From Octopus sinensis (taxonomy: Eukaryota): a stretch of 64,000 bases of DNA. Each line of letters opens with the position of its first letter. Position 1 is the first letter of the stretch. The position numbers and the translations under genes were made by a program. The stretch is taken from NCBI RefSeq assembly GCF_006345805.1, contig NC_043017.1:12276001-12340000 (forward strand), written 5' to 3'. Below, one piece after another: positions 13,948-25,800 of this stretch. The notes under the pieces are model-generated. The model saw nothing but the letters and a program-made list of their open reading frames with translations. It was not told the DNA's origin and ran no database searches.

Positions 13948-14100
13948 ATTATTCTTAAACAAGAATATTATTGATTGTAACTTCAAAAGTTTCGGCTAGT
14001 TAAACCATCGTTTGATTACCAATTAAGCCATCGTCTGCCGATGGCTTAACTAACCGAAACTTCGAAGTCACTGTCAATAATATACTTTGTTAAGAATAAT
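13948..14100. mobile_element. Diverged fold-back cassette with decayed hammerhead core
   Basis: Imperfect ~63-bp inverted arms; ccgatgg...CGAAAC-TTCGAA-GTC with palindromic stem III. Confidence 0.5.
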
Positions 14101-14519
14101 ACACACACACACATTCTCAATTTTGTCACAACATTCTCAAATTTGAAATACCACTTTAAAATGGTCTTATGTTCCGTAAACAATTATATATTTCTTAACT
14201 ACCCACAAGGGGCTAAACACAGAGGGGACAAACAAGGACAGACAAACGGATTAAGTCGATTAAATCGACCCCGGTGCGTAACTGGTACTTAATTTATCGA
14301 CCCCGAAAGGATGAAAGGCAAAGTTGATGAACCAACTTCACGGCAGGAGGTGCAGATGAGGGCAGCTGCATCGAACTCTCTCATGCACCAGATGGCAATT
14401 GCTAAAAAGCATTCGTGAAGTAAAATCATGTAGCAACACCAAATGGCGGTGCCCCAGCATGGCCACAGCTTGTGAGCTGAGACTAAATAAAATAAAAATA
14501 AAATAAAATAAATATATAT

Positions 14520-14850
14520 CACACGTCAAGGCCATCAGCCTCTTCCACCACACTACATAAGCTCTTATATTGCACACGCACAGCACGCCACAACAGCTTC
14601 ATTTGGATCACACTACTTATTATCTCCCCTTCTTCCTAGCTCTCCTGTGAGACCCTTCTGTCCGGCATTCGCCATGATAGATCCCTAGCCACTACACATT
14701 CTTTATTTTCTCTCCTTGTTTCTTTCTGCGTTCCTTTCTGTGGAAGAGCGCAGGCTCGAAACGTTAAAGACTTTTTCACTTCCCGATTGTTAAACTAATA
14801 CATCTGTTTGTTGTCCACACCTTTCTTCGTCTTTTGTTTTTTTGTGTGCA
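14520..14850 (+). mobile_element. Penelope-like terminal fragment
   Basis: tggaagag-cgcaggct-cgaaacgtt resembles a decayed minimal hammerhead. Confidence 0.35.
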
Positions 14851-15020
14851 TTCTCCCCACCCCTATAGATACATGCGTGTGTGTGTATGCGTGTGTGTAT
14901 GTGCATACGTCCGTTCATGTGTGTGTGTTCACATGTATGTATATGTACATATACATACATGCATATACATTCTTACACACACACACATACACATATATAT
15001 ATAAAGAAATGCATACATAC

Positions 15021-15051
<31 letters not shown>

Positions 15052-15073
15052 TATATATATGTATGTATACACA

Positions 15074-15173
15074 NNNNNNNNNNNNNNNNNNNNNNNNNNN
15101 NNNNNNNNNNNNNNNNNNNNNNNNNNNNNNNNNNNNNNNNNNNNNNNNNNNNNNNNNNNNNNNNNNNNNNNNN
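15074..15173. other. Assembly gap (100 N) within (TA)n
   Basis: Direct reading. Confidence 1.
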
Positions 15174-15235
15174 TATATTACATATATATATATATATATA
15201 TAATATATATATATATATTCATATATACATATATA

Positions 15236-15267
<32 letters not shown>

Positions 15268-15351
15268 TCTATATACATATATATTATATATAATATATAT
15301 ATATATTCTAATCATATATAGATATTCATATATATATATATACATTAATAT

Positions 15352-15385
<34 letters not shown>

Positions 15386-16739
15386 ATCTTTTACATGTCT
15401 CAGTCATTTAACTGCGGTCATGCTGAGCACAGCTTTTCTATGGTTATAGCAAAAAAAAAAAAAAATCGAGCCCCAAGACTTATTCTTTGTAAGCCTGGTT
15501 ACTTATATATCGGTCTGTTCTGCCGAACCACTAGGTTACGGGGACATAAGCACACCAGCATCGGTTGTCAAGCGATGGTAGAGGGACAAACACTGACACA
15601 CAATCATAAATACACACACACATACATATAGATATACATTCAAGACGAGCTTCTTTCAGTTTCCGGCTTCCAAATCCGCTCACAGGGCTTTTAGTCGAGG
15701 CTATAATAGAAAATATTTAACTAAGGTGCCACGCAGTGGGACTGAACCCGGAACCATGTGGTTGGGAAGCTAGCTTCTTACAACACAGCCACACCTAAAT
15801 AAATATTTATTTTTATGTTTAGTTATAATCCTTTCTACAATAGGAACAAGGCCTGAAATTTGGGGCAGAGGAATAGTTGATTGCATCGACTCCAGGTACT
15901 TAATTTATCGACCTCGAAAGGATGAAACGCAAAGTTGACCTCGGTGGAATTTGAACTCAGAACGTAGCGACAGACGAGATACTACTAAGCATTTCTCCCG
16001 GCATGCTAACGATTCTGCCAGCTCGCATTTAGTTATAATAATATATTGTTATATTTCGGGCTGGTAATTATCATCATCATCACATCATCTTCATCATTGG
16101 GTGAGAGAGCAGTGCATGCCATCAAAGTGACACAGGGGTAAAATATACGAACCCCAGTATACCCATCGTGATTACCCATCTGATAAGGGTACACTAGGCA
16201 CATGCATTACAACCATACGTGCGCGACATGGTGATCTCATATCAAGATAAACAGCTTACAAATTACACTTTTCTCAAGAAAGCCAAGAGAAAAAATGTTT
16301 TATTTTGACACATTCTACCAGTATACGAAGTTTAAAAGTGTTTAGTTAACTAGAAATTATGTTGAAAACTGCCGTTCAAAAGGAAAAGATCCAATATATG
16401 TCCGGTCATAAAGTGACCGATGGTTTCGCGTCAAAAACACTCTATAGATGGCTTTTCAAGCGCCAATTTAAATGTGTGTGTGTGTATGTGTGTGTGTGTG
16501 TGTGTGTTATGTCTCTGTGTGTGTGTGTGTGTGTCTGTGTGTGTGTGTGTGTAGTCCTGTGGAAGTCACGTGGTTAAAAAAACCTGCATTCACTTTCCAT
16601 ACCTCCTTCCTGATTTATGTTTTTACATGCATATAACACATGCTCACAAATATATTTATATATATCTGTGTGTGTGTGTGTGTGTGTGTGATGGAGTGTT
16701 CGGGCCAGTTTGATAAAAGATAAACCATGCAAGTGTTTG

Positions 16740-16963
16740 TTTGTTAGGTTCGTATGACGTCATGGCTGAAGCTTAACTCAAAGAGAAAGAAAAAAAAAAT
16801 AGAATTTAAAAAAAACCCGGATGTGATGTCATAGCGTAGTTCTCGAAGAAAGTAAACAAGTGTTAATTCCAACTTCGGTACGAGCGGCACCAAATTACCT
16901 TCCATATACACCAACGGGTATGTATACGAGTCAGAAATAGGGGTGAGAGCTTATTTTACCGAG
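16740..16963 (+). promoter_or_regulatory. Putative PCS promoter and non-coding first exon
   Basis: Perfect CRE palindrome TGACGTCA 16755-16762, near-CRE TGATGTCA 16824-16831, locally CpG-rich, strong donor gag|gtatgg at 16964. The ATG exon has an acceptor at 20002, so an upstream exon is expected. Confidence 0.45.
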
Positions 16964-18498
16964 GTATGGTTTTGTTATTATCATCGTTGTTGTCGTATTG
17001 TGTATTTCTCTGTTCGGCGTAATTATTAATTAAGCGGCAGGTGCGAGGTTCCATCTGTGCCGTGCTTTCGCCGACACGTGGACCATGCTGCTCTCCGAAG
17101 GTTCCATCGTTTATGTATCCGTATGGAGATGAAGCGTGGCACGGCGGTCGGAACGGAAAGGGTTACGGTAGACAGCAACAAAAGAAATCGGTACGGCCGA
17201 TTCCTCTCATCAGGGTCGGACTGTGCAACCGGCCCCTTAGCATTGATATCAAAGAGAGTTAACATGTAAAGTACGGGCCCATCAGAGCTCCGGACCCTCG
17301 GGCAGTACCCGATTGACCGACGGCTCAGTCTGCCATTGTCTCTCATAGTGTGCCCCCCCCCCCAGCTCTGCTGTGGGGCTAATCGAATATACTGCTAAAC
17401 CCATCCGTATGCAAGTGTGCCTTATCTCTGACCAACCTAAATTTGTTTTTTTTGTAACTTTCAGGAAAATGGATATTTTTTACTGAAATTTTCTACAAAC
17501 ACTTTTGAGATGCTGTACATCACAATTATCTTTTGCTTGTCTCTATTGACAGAGAAAGAGAATATAGGTGTTACATTCATTAACAATACCTATTTCTTTA
17601 TTACCCACAAGGGGCTAAACACAAAGGGGACAAACAAGGACATACATTAGGTATTAAGTCGGTTACATCGACCCCAGTGCGTAACTGGTACTTGATTTTT
17701 CGACCCCGAAAGGATGAAAGGTAAAGTCGACCTCGGCGGAATTTGAACTCACAACGTAACGGCAGATGAAATACCGCTAAGCATTTCGCCCGACGTGCTA
17801 ACGTTTCTACCAGCTCTTTGCATTAACAATACCCTGCTCCATCAACCATCACTAACTGGGTTACTTCCACTCTCCACACCTCTTGTTTGACCCGGAGACA
17901 GGTGAATATGACCTCTAAGTATGTCACCTGCTGACTGAAGATATTATAAGATAACAATGGAAACATGTCAAGGAGGCCAAAAGTTTTGCTATGTAGTATT
18001 AGTCTTTTTTTTTTTGGTGTGCCTGACTATCTAATTGTGTGTGTGGGTGTGTTAAAAAAGAGGTTAAAAGGGTTCACATGAATAAATTTATATAAAACAT
18101 CAAAAAGAAAATACTTTCATATTTTTATCATGGGAAGTATTGACATTTTCCTTTTCTCCATGATAAACTTCTCAAAGCATTTTCTTGTGGCTGCATGGCG
18201 AGAAGTTTGCTTTCCAACCATATGGTCATGGATTCGGTGCCACTGCGCAGAGCTTTGGGCTGACCAAAGCCTTCAAGTGGACTTCATTGATAGAAATTGG
18301 AGGAAGCCCATCATATATATGTATGTATATATATATATATATATATAAGTAGTTGAATGAATTATCTTAGTATGGATAATTCGGTTAACCGATACCTGGG
18401 TAGCAAATTCACTTCAGAAAAACACGGTTGAAGCTACATGCCAAGGGCAGAGATCACGTGCTTTCGTGTGGAAATTTGTGTGTTTTTTTTAAATACAA

Positions 18499-18740
18499 AT
18501 AAATGAAAGAATGGAGTTGAACGACGAATTAACAAAATTCCTTTAATCTCGACATATGTTTCGAAGGCTGCATATTCCTAATTTCGAAGGAATAGGGGGG
18601 CATTATGCCACCTTCTCATCAGGAAAAACAAGGAACTTATGTCAGCATCAAGATGAACAAAAACTTTTAGATGACTGCCCACACGGAGCCCATTAAAGGA
18701 ATTTTGTTAATTCGTCGTTCAACTCCATTCTTTCATTTAT
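18499..18740. mobile_element. Fold-back cassette (likely truncated Penelope-like insertion) carrying the hammerhead
   Basis: Perfect 49-bp inverted repeats 18499-18547 and 18692-18740. Confidence 0.7.
18545..18629 (-). ncRNA. Type I hammerhead ribozyme (Penelope-like minimal type)
   Basis: Minus strand reads UUUC-CUGAUGA-GAAGGUGGCA...UGCAGCCUUC-GAAA-CAUAU-GUC/GAGA: canonical core, G10.1-C11.1 pair, extended stem II, palindromic stem III (ACAUAUGU), 4-bp stem I. Confidence 0.8.
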
Positions 18741-18774
18741 ATATATATATATATATGTGTGTGTGTATATTTCT

Positions 18775-19028
18775 TCATCCATCCAGGGAGCAAGAACAGC
18801 TGAGTGTGCTGCCCAGGTAGACAAACTTGTCTACTACCTTCAGAATTGTTCCTTCAACCAAGATAGCTGGTTCTATACATGGATTTCCTGGTGCAGGCTG
18901 GAACATTAACACAGTCTTGTCCAGGCTAATGCTGAGTCCAAATGCCCTGCAAGAAGCAGAAATGCAATTCATGAGTATTTGCATGTCATCCACTGTATGA
19001 GTGACTAAGACACAGTCATCTGCATAAA
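18775..19028 (-). mobile_element. RTE-clade LINE reverse-transcriptase fragment
   Basis: YADDCVLVTH..DDMQILM...FGLSISLDKT.LMFQPAPG...VDKFVYLGSTLS. Confidence 0.88.
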
Positions 19029-19319
19029 TTTTTAATTTGTTTATGGGAAACGGTTTGAATATGCAAATAAAGCTCTTGTTCCATTAAGCTGGCCACTGTC
19101 TAATGATGCTGACTAGCGAGCCAGGTTTTCAGGGCTGCATCAAATTGGATGTCCACGGATACGATGGACTACACTGTGATCATCTCAGGAATACAGACTG
19201 TGATCTTAAGAGTCATGTGATTTGTAGAAATGTGTGTAGTGATGCAGTAAATGTTTATAAATTTCATCCTAGGATTATTGTTTGTGTTATTATTATTATT
19301 ATTATTATTAGTCTTTTTC

Positions 19320-19585
19320 TTTTTTCTTGTTTCAGTCATTTTGACTACGGCCATGCTGGAGCACCGCCTTTAATCGAGCAACTCGACCCCGGGACTTATT
19401 CTTTGTAAGCCCAGTACTTATTCTATCGGTCTCTTTTGCCGAACCGCTAAGTGACGGGGACATAAACACACCAGCATCGGTTGTCAAGCAATGCTAGGGG
19501 AACAAACACAGACACACAAACATACACGCACATACATATATACGACGGGCTTCTTTCAGTTTCCGTCTACCAAATTCACTCACAA
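19320..19585 (-). mobile_element. SINE family C, 3' part (putative PCS intron 1)
   Basis: Reverse complement of family C. Confidence 0.8.
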
Positions 19586-19725
19586 GGCCTTATTATTATT
19601 ATTATTATTATATACATGTGTGTATGTATATAAATGTATGCATGTGTGTATATGTATGTATATATATGTATGCATGTGTGTATATGTATGTATATACATG
19701 CATATATATATATATATATAATATC

Positions 19726-19777
<52 letters not shown>

Positions 19778-20059
19778 CATGTATGTGTATGTGTGTAGCT
19801 GTGTGGTAAGAAGCATGCTTCCCAACAACATAGTTCAAGGTTCTGTCCAACTTCAGGGCACTTTGCGCAAGTGTCTTCTACTATTGCCTGTATCTTTACT
19901 TTGTTGTAGCTACTACTGCTCAATATATTTTCACCTTTTAATTTATTTATATATATGTATATGTCTGTTCTTTTGTTAAATTTATTTTTCTGTATTTTAC
20001 AGAATCTGTTGGTGACACAAGGAGACTTCCACACTCACTGAATAGCTAATTACTTCACC

Positions 20060-20455
20060 ATGAACAAGGGTCAATTCTTCCAACGGGTTCTACCAGAGAG
20101 CTGCATTTCCTTCTCTTCTGAAGAAGGCAAGACTATCTTCACCGAAGCCTTGATGTCTGGATACATGAATTGCTATTTCAAACTGGCAGCTCAGTTCCGT
20201 ACACAGGATGAACCGGCCTACTGTGGTCTCTCTACGTTGGTCATGATACTCAATGCACTGGAGATTGATCCGGGCATTGCATGGAAAGGTCCATGGAGAT
20301 GGTACCATGAAAACATGCTGGAATGCTGTGTTCCACTGGAGGTGGTCAAAGTAAATGGGATCAGTCTGGAGCAGTTCACTTGTATTGCTCAGTGTAATTG
20401 TCTCGTCACAACAGTTGTACGTCCGGAACCAAAAGACGAAGAAACTTTCCGAAAT
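20060..20455 (+). CDS. PCS: PCS coding exon 1 (exon starts 20003 after tttacag acceptor)
   Basis: [12 protein letters not shown]...EETFRN, donor AAT|gtaaat at 20456. Confidence 0.93.
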
Positions 20456-22749
20456 GTAAATATCTTTCAACCCTTTCGTTACCTTATTCATTTTGAGATG
20501 CTCTGTGCTTCTTTCAATTATTTTAAATACAACAAAGAATTTAGTAAAATAACTTAGTTATCATTAAGCTAGTGTTAGGATCATAAATTGCGACTAAGAT
20601 TTGGTGGTATATTGAGCTGGCAGAAACGTTAGCATGCCGAGCGAAATGCGTAGTCGTATTTCGTCTGCCGTTACGTTCTGAGTTCAAATTCCGCCGACGT
20701 CGACTTTGCCTTTCATCCTTTCAGGGTCGATTAAATAAGTACCAATTACGCACTGGGGTCGATGTATTCGACTTAATACGTTTGTTTGTCCCCTCTTTGT
20801 TTAGCCCCTTGTGGGTAGTAAAGAAATAGGTATATTTTAATGAAAAACTTATGAAAACAAGACACTTATACTACAGAGCCAGAGCCGGTTTTGGCCGGGT
20901 TGGTAACCAAAGGGTTAATTATATGGTGCTTCAGAGGGTGGTGTACTGGCAGAATGGTTAACATGCCAGAAAAATGCTTAGGAACATTTCTTCTTACTTT
21001 ATGTTCGGAGTTCAAATTCCACTGAGGTCGACTTTGCCTTTCATCCTCTGTGTCAATAAATAAGTACCAGTTGAGCACTGGGCTGATGTAATCAACTTAC
21101 CTTCTCCCATGAAATTGCTGGTGCTGTACCAAAATTTGAAAACAGTTATGTAGATGCTTCAGAAGATGTTTAGCAGGTAGAATCAAGACAGGGTTGGACA
21201 AAATTCTCAGTGGCATTTCTTCTGAGTTCAAATTCTGCTGAGGTTAGCCTGTTTTTTATGTTTTATTTATATTCTTATAATATTAATATAGGATATAGAA
21301 TATATAGCAAGAAAGAAAGAAAGACAGTCAAAGTGTTCCTGTCACAATCTGAACCTGATGAATGCTTAAATGCAAGGAAATATACTAGTTCAATGAGAAT
21401 AGACATTTAATATTTAATTTTCAATTTTTGTTTGTTCGATAAGACAATCTATACTTCATTTCATTTCTTTCTTATTATATATTCTATATTAATATTAATA
21501 TTATAAGAATATAAATAAAACATAAAAGACAGACAGAGTTGGAATTCCGGCGTTAGGAAGGGCATCCAGCAGTAGAAATTCTGCCAGATCAGATTGGAGC
21601 CTGGCGCAGCCATTTGGTTCGCTAGCCCTCAGTCAAATCGTCCAACCCATGCTAGCATGGAAAGTGGACGTTAAAGGATGATGATGATATATATGCTGTT
21701 GTATATAGACACAAAGCCAGAAATTTGAGGAAAGACCTAACTGTCATTTATAGAAAGGACCTAATGTCTGGTGGCAGGTTCATAGAATCGTTAGAACACT
21801 GGGAAAAAATGCTTAGCAACATTTCATCTGTGTTGATGTTCTGAGTTCAAATTCCACTGATGTTGACTTTGCCTTTCATCCTTCCAGTGTTGATAAAATA
21901 AGTACCAGTTGAACACCAGAGTTGATGTAATTGACTAACTCACTCCCCTGAAATTGCTGGCCTTGTGCCAAAATTTGAAACCTATTGTATTATTCTTCAG
22001 AAGGTGGTTAGCCGACAGAATTATTAGCCAAAATGCTCAGCAGTAGTTCATCTGGCTATTTCAGCCAACATAAATTCATTTTTAATGTTTTAATTCTTGC
22101 AAAGCAGAAATTATTTTCAATATGTTTTTTTTTGCTTTCTATTTTTCAACAAAACAAAAGGTTGTGAAATCTTACACAAAACGAGATGATGCATTCATTG
22201 TGGCCACGTATTCCCGTAAAGTTCTCAAACAAACTGGAGATGGACATTTCTCACCAATTGCAGGGTATCACCCTGGGCGCGACATGGTCCTCATGATGGA
22301 CACAGCCCGGTTCAAATATCCACCCCACTGGATACATCTACCCTCTTTACTCACTGCTATGAACACACAGGACAAAGCTACAGGTTAGTAGTGGACTTTT
22401 GCATAGGTAGATATGATCAAAGACACTCCAGCAGCTTTGAATGTCCATTTTTTTTTCCTCCTTCATCCAACTACATGTGAAGGTGCATGGTCTCATGGTC
22501 AGGGTGTTGTACTCATGAGTGTAAGATTATAGTTTCAATTCCCAGACTGGGCAGTGCAAAATACTTCATTTCAAATTGCTCCGTGCAGGAGTGGCTGTGT
22601 GGTAAGTAGCTTGTTTGCCAACCACATGGTCCGGGTTCAGTCCCACTGCATGGCACCTTGGGCAAGTGTCTTCTACTATAGCCTCGGGCTGACCAAAGCC
22701 TTGTGAGTGGATTTGCTAGACGGAAACTGAAAGAAGCCCGTCGTATATA

Positions 22750-22814
<65 letters not shown>

Positions 22815-25800
22815 TATATGTATGTGTGTGTGTTTGTCCCCCTAGCATTGCTTGACAACCGATGCTGGTGTGTTTATGTCCCCATTACTTAGCGGTTGGG
22901 CAAAAGAGACCAATAGAATAAGTACTGGGCTTACAAAGAATAAGTCCCGGGGTCGCGTTGCTCGATTAAAGGCGATGCTCCAGCATGGCTGTAGTCAAAT
23001 GACTGAAACAAGTAAAAGAGAGAGTCTACTCTTCTATAAAATGAGTAACCCTGTAAATTGAATTGCATCCTATTTAGGGGCAATATTCTGCTCTTGCTTT
23101 CTTGTGCCCCATGGAAACCAAGTAACTGACTTTATGAGTTCTAGAACTCAAGACAGTTTTTATTTGCTTCCCAAAATATTTTGTCAAACTGTTTATTAAA
23201 GCTGAAAAAAATCTTCACAAGCAAATACTCAGAGTTTCACTGTAACACTTCATCAGACAGTTGTGATCATACTATATACGAACAGTCACACGAAACTCAG
23301 AGTAACGGTTTCTGAAGAATTTTTTCGACATTAATAAAAAGCATATTACTCCACCTTCAGTATTCAAATACTATTTTCACCACCTTGTTTTGCATTTGTG
23401 TGTGTGTGTGTGTATAGACACACATATCTAAAGTCACACATTTGGAAGCACTCCGTCGGTTACAACGACGAGTGTTCCGGTTGATCCAAATCAACGGAAC
23501 AGCCTGCTTGTGAAATTAACGTGTAAGTGGCTGAGCACTCCACAGACACGTGTACCCTTAACGTAGTTCTCGGGGATATTCAGCATGACACAGAGAGTGA
23601 CAAGGCCGGCCCTTTGAAATACAGGTACAACAGAAACAGGAAGTAAGAGTGAGAGAAAGTTGTATTGAAAGAGTACAGCAGGGATCACCACCATGCCCTG
23701 CCGGAGCCTTGTGGAGCTTTAGGTGTTTTCGCTCAATAAACACCCACAACTCCCGGTCTGGGAATCGAAACTGTGATCCTATGACTGCGAGTCTGCTGCC
23801 CTAACCACTGGGCCATTGCGCCTCCACAAAGTCACACATAAATATGTCAGCAAGGACATGCCTGGTGTGAAGCGGGAGCATTTAGGTCATATCTTGTCCC
23901 ATTTCCCGTGTAATTATTCCTGAATGCCTGGAGATTTTGGTGATGGATAATCTAAAATTCTTGATATAGTCAACCAATATTGAATCGAGTCGAGTCCTGG
24001 CAGTTTTTGACTATTCTTTGCAATTTATGAAAGCGTAACTTTTCGTTAATTTTTTGCAGGAACTCTCCGAGGTTATGTGCTGCTAAGCAAGAACACGGGC
24101 TGTGACCACCCTGTTATATTTTGTGTGTCTTCTCAACTAAGTCTGGCAATTCATTCCATAATACCAGCAGACATTATGACTTTTGTACAAAAATGGTGGG
24201 ATTTCTTGGAGCACCAATCCGAGGCCACAGATTGTCTTGTGACCATCACGGAGGCAACTGGCCATATAATGAAGCTACTGAGTGATCTGAAGGCAGAGAA
24301 CTGGCTCCTGGGAACACATGTTCTTGACCAGAAATGTCCTTGTGATTTGCAAGAGAAATTCCAGTGTATGAAAGAACTGTTGTTAGAGAAACTTGAGAAG
24401 ACGGACCTTTATTTGCTGGTTTCACAACATGGTCAGTATTGGCAATTTCACTCTCATCTGAAGGAATGTGTGTGTGTGTTTGTGCGTGTGTATCTTTTAT
24501 CTTTTACTTGTTTCAGTCATTAGACTGCAGCCATGGTGGGGCACCACCCGTTGCCTGGAAGAATTTTTAGTCAAATGAATCCAACCAAGTACTCATTTGT
24601 TTAAGCTATACATACATACATGTGTGTAACAGGCTCCTTCTAGTTTCATCATCATCATCATCATCATCGTCGTTTAACGTCCGTTCTCCATGCTAGCATG
24701 GGTTGGACGGTTCGACCGGGGTTCTGGGAAGCCAGAAGGCTGCACCAGGCTCCAGTCTGATCTGGCAATGTTTCTACAGCTGGATGCCCTTCCTAACGCC
24801 AACCACTCCGTGAGTGTAGTGGGTGCTTTTTACGTGCCACCTGCACAGGTGCCAGGCGGGGCTGGCAACGGCCACGGTCAGATTGGTGTATTTTATGTGC
24901 CACCGGCACGGAAGCCAGACGGGCGGTGCTGGCATCGGCCACGAGTTGGATAGTGCTTTTTACGTACCACCAGACCAGGGATCCTGGCTGGTTCAATTCG
25001 ATTTCGATTTTCCTTCTACAAAATTTACTCACAAGGCTTTAGTCAGCCTGAGATATAGTAGAAGACACTTGCCAAATGTGCTATGCAGTGGGACTGAACT
25101 TGGAACTATGTGGTTGGGAAGCATACTTTTTACCACACAGCCATGCCTGCATATCACTGCATATATATGTGCAAATATGGACTGAATTTGTGTGCTTATA
25201 TGAGTGTGTCTGTTGAATCTCGGTGTATATATATATATATAAAAGTGAAGTTGTGTGTCTGTCTCCTATGATTTAGATTCGTAACTACTCCCACTTTTTG
25301 CGGTGCAGTTTAACCAAAACTGGGTATCTTATAGTCGTGATTCATATCGAGCCCTTCTGGGTATTTGTGCGCGTCTACGATTTAAAAAAAAAATTTACCA
25401 TCATTTTTTTCCATTTTAATGCATTTTTTTCGCTATTATATAAGAGAAGTAACTCTCTAAAAATGTCTACGATGAGTCAACGATTTAAAAAAAAATTTAC
25501 CATAATTTTTTTTCCATTTTTATTGCATTTTTTTGCTATTTTTTGGCTATAACTCTCTAAAAATGCTTATATAGTTATTTCCCTTACAAACCCGAGCAAC
25601 GCCAGGTGATACTGCTAGTATATATATATATATATATGAGTGAATTTAGTCTGAGTAAGTCTATGTATTATGTCTGCATTTATTACGTATAAGTTGCAGG
25701 TGTGACTGTAACATGGTTTTGGGTTCAGTCCTACTGTGAAACACCTTGGGCTTCTACTATAACCCTGGTCCAGCCAAAGCCCTGTGAGGGGATTCTGTAG

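Noticed and set aside
13622-14577. TGCRCNC metal-response-element cores upstream of PCS
   Set aside because: Isolated 7-mers inside repeats, expected by chance in CA/TG-rich DNA.
17150-17175. taaccct on - as a telomerase RNA template
   Set aside because: Reads CCGUAACCCU, which would not template TTAGGG; no pseudoknot or CR4/5 recognised.
17189-17218. CUGAUGA plus helix on - as a hammerhead
   Set aside because: The helix is followed by UUUG, not GAAA; no stem III.
17041-17262. FMYPYGDEAWH resembling a Helitron Rep motif
   Set aside because: Short match only, with no flanking similarity.
17286-17390. ccggaccctcgggcag and ggggct resembling RNase MRP
   Set aside because: No GAAAGUCCCC P4 strand and no GARAR loop.
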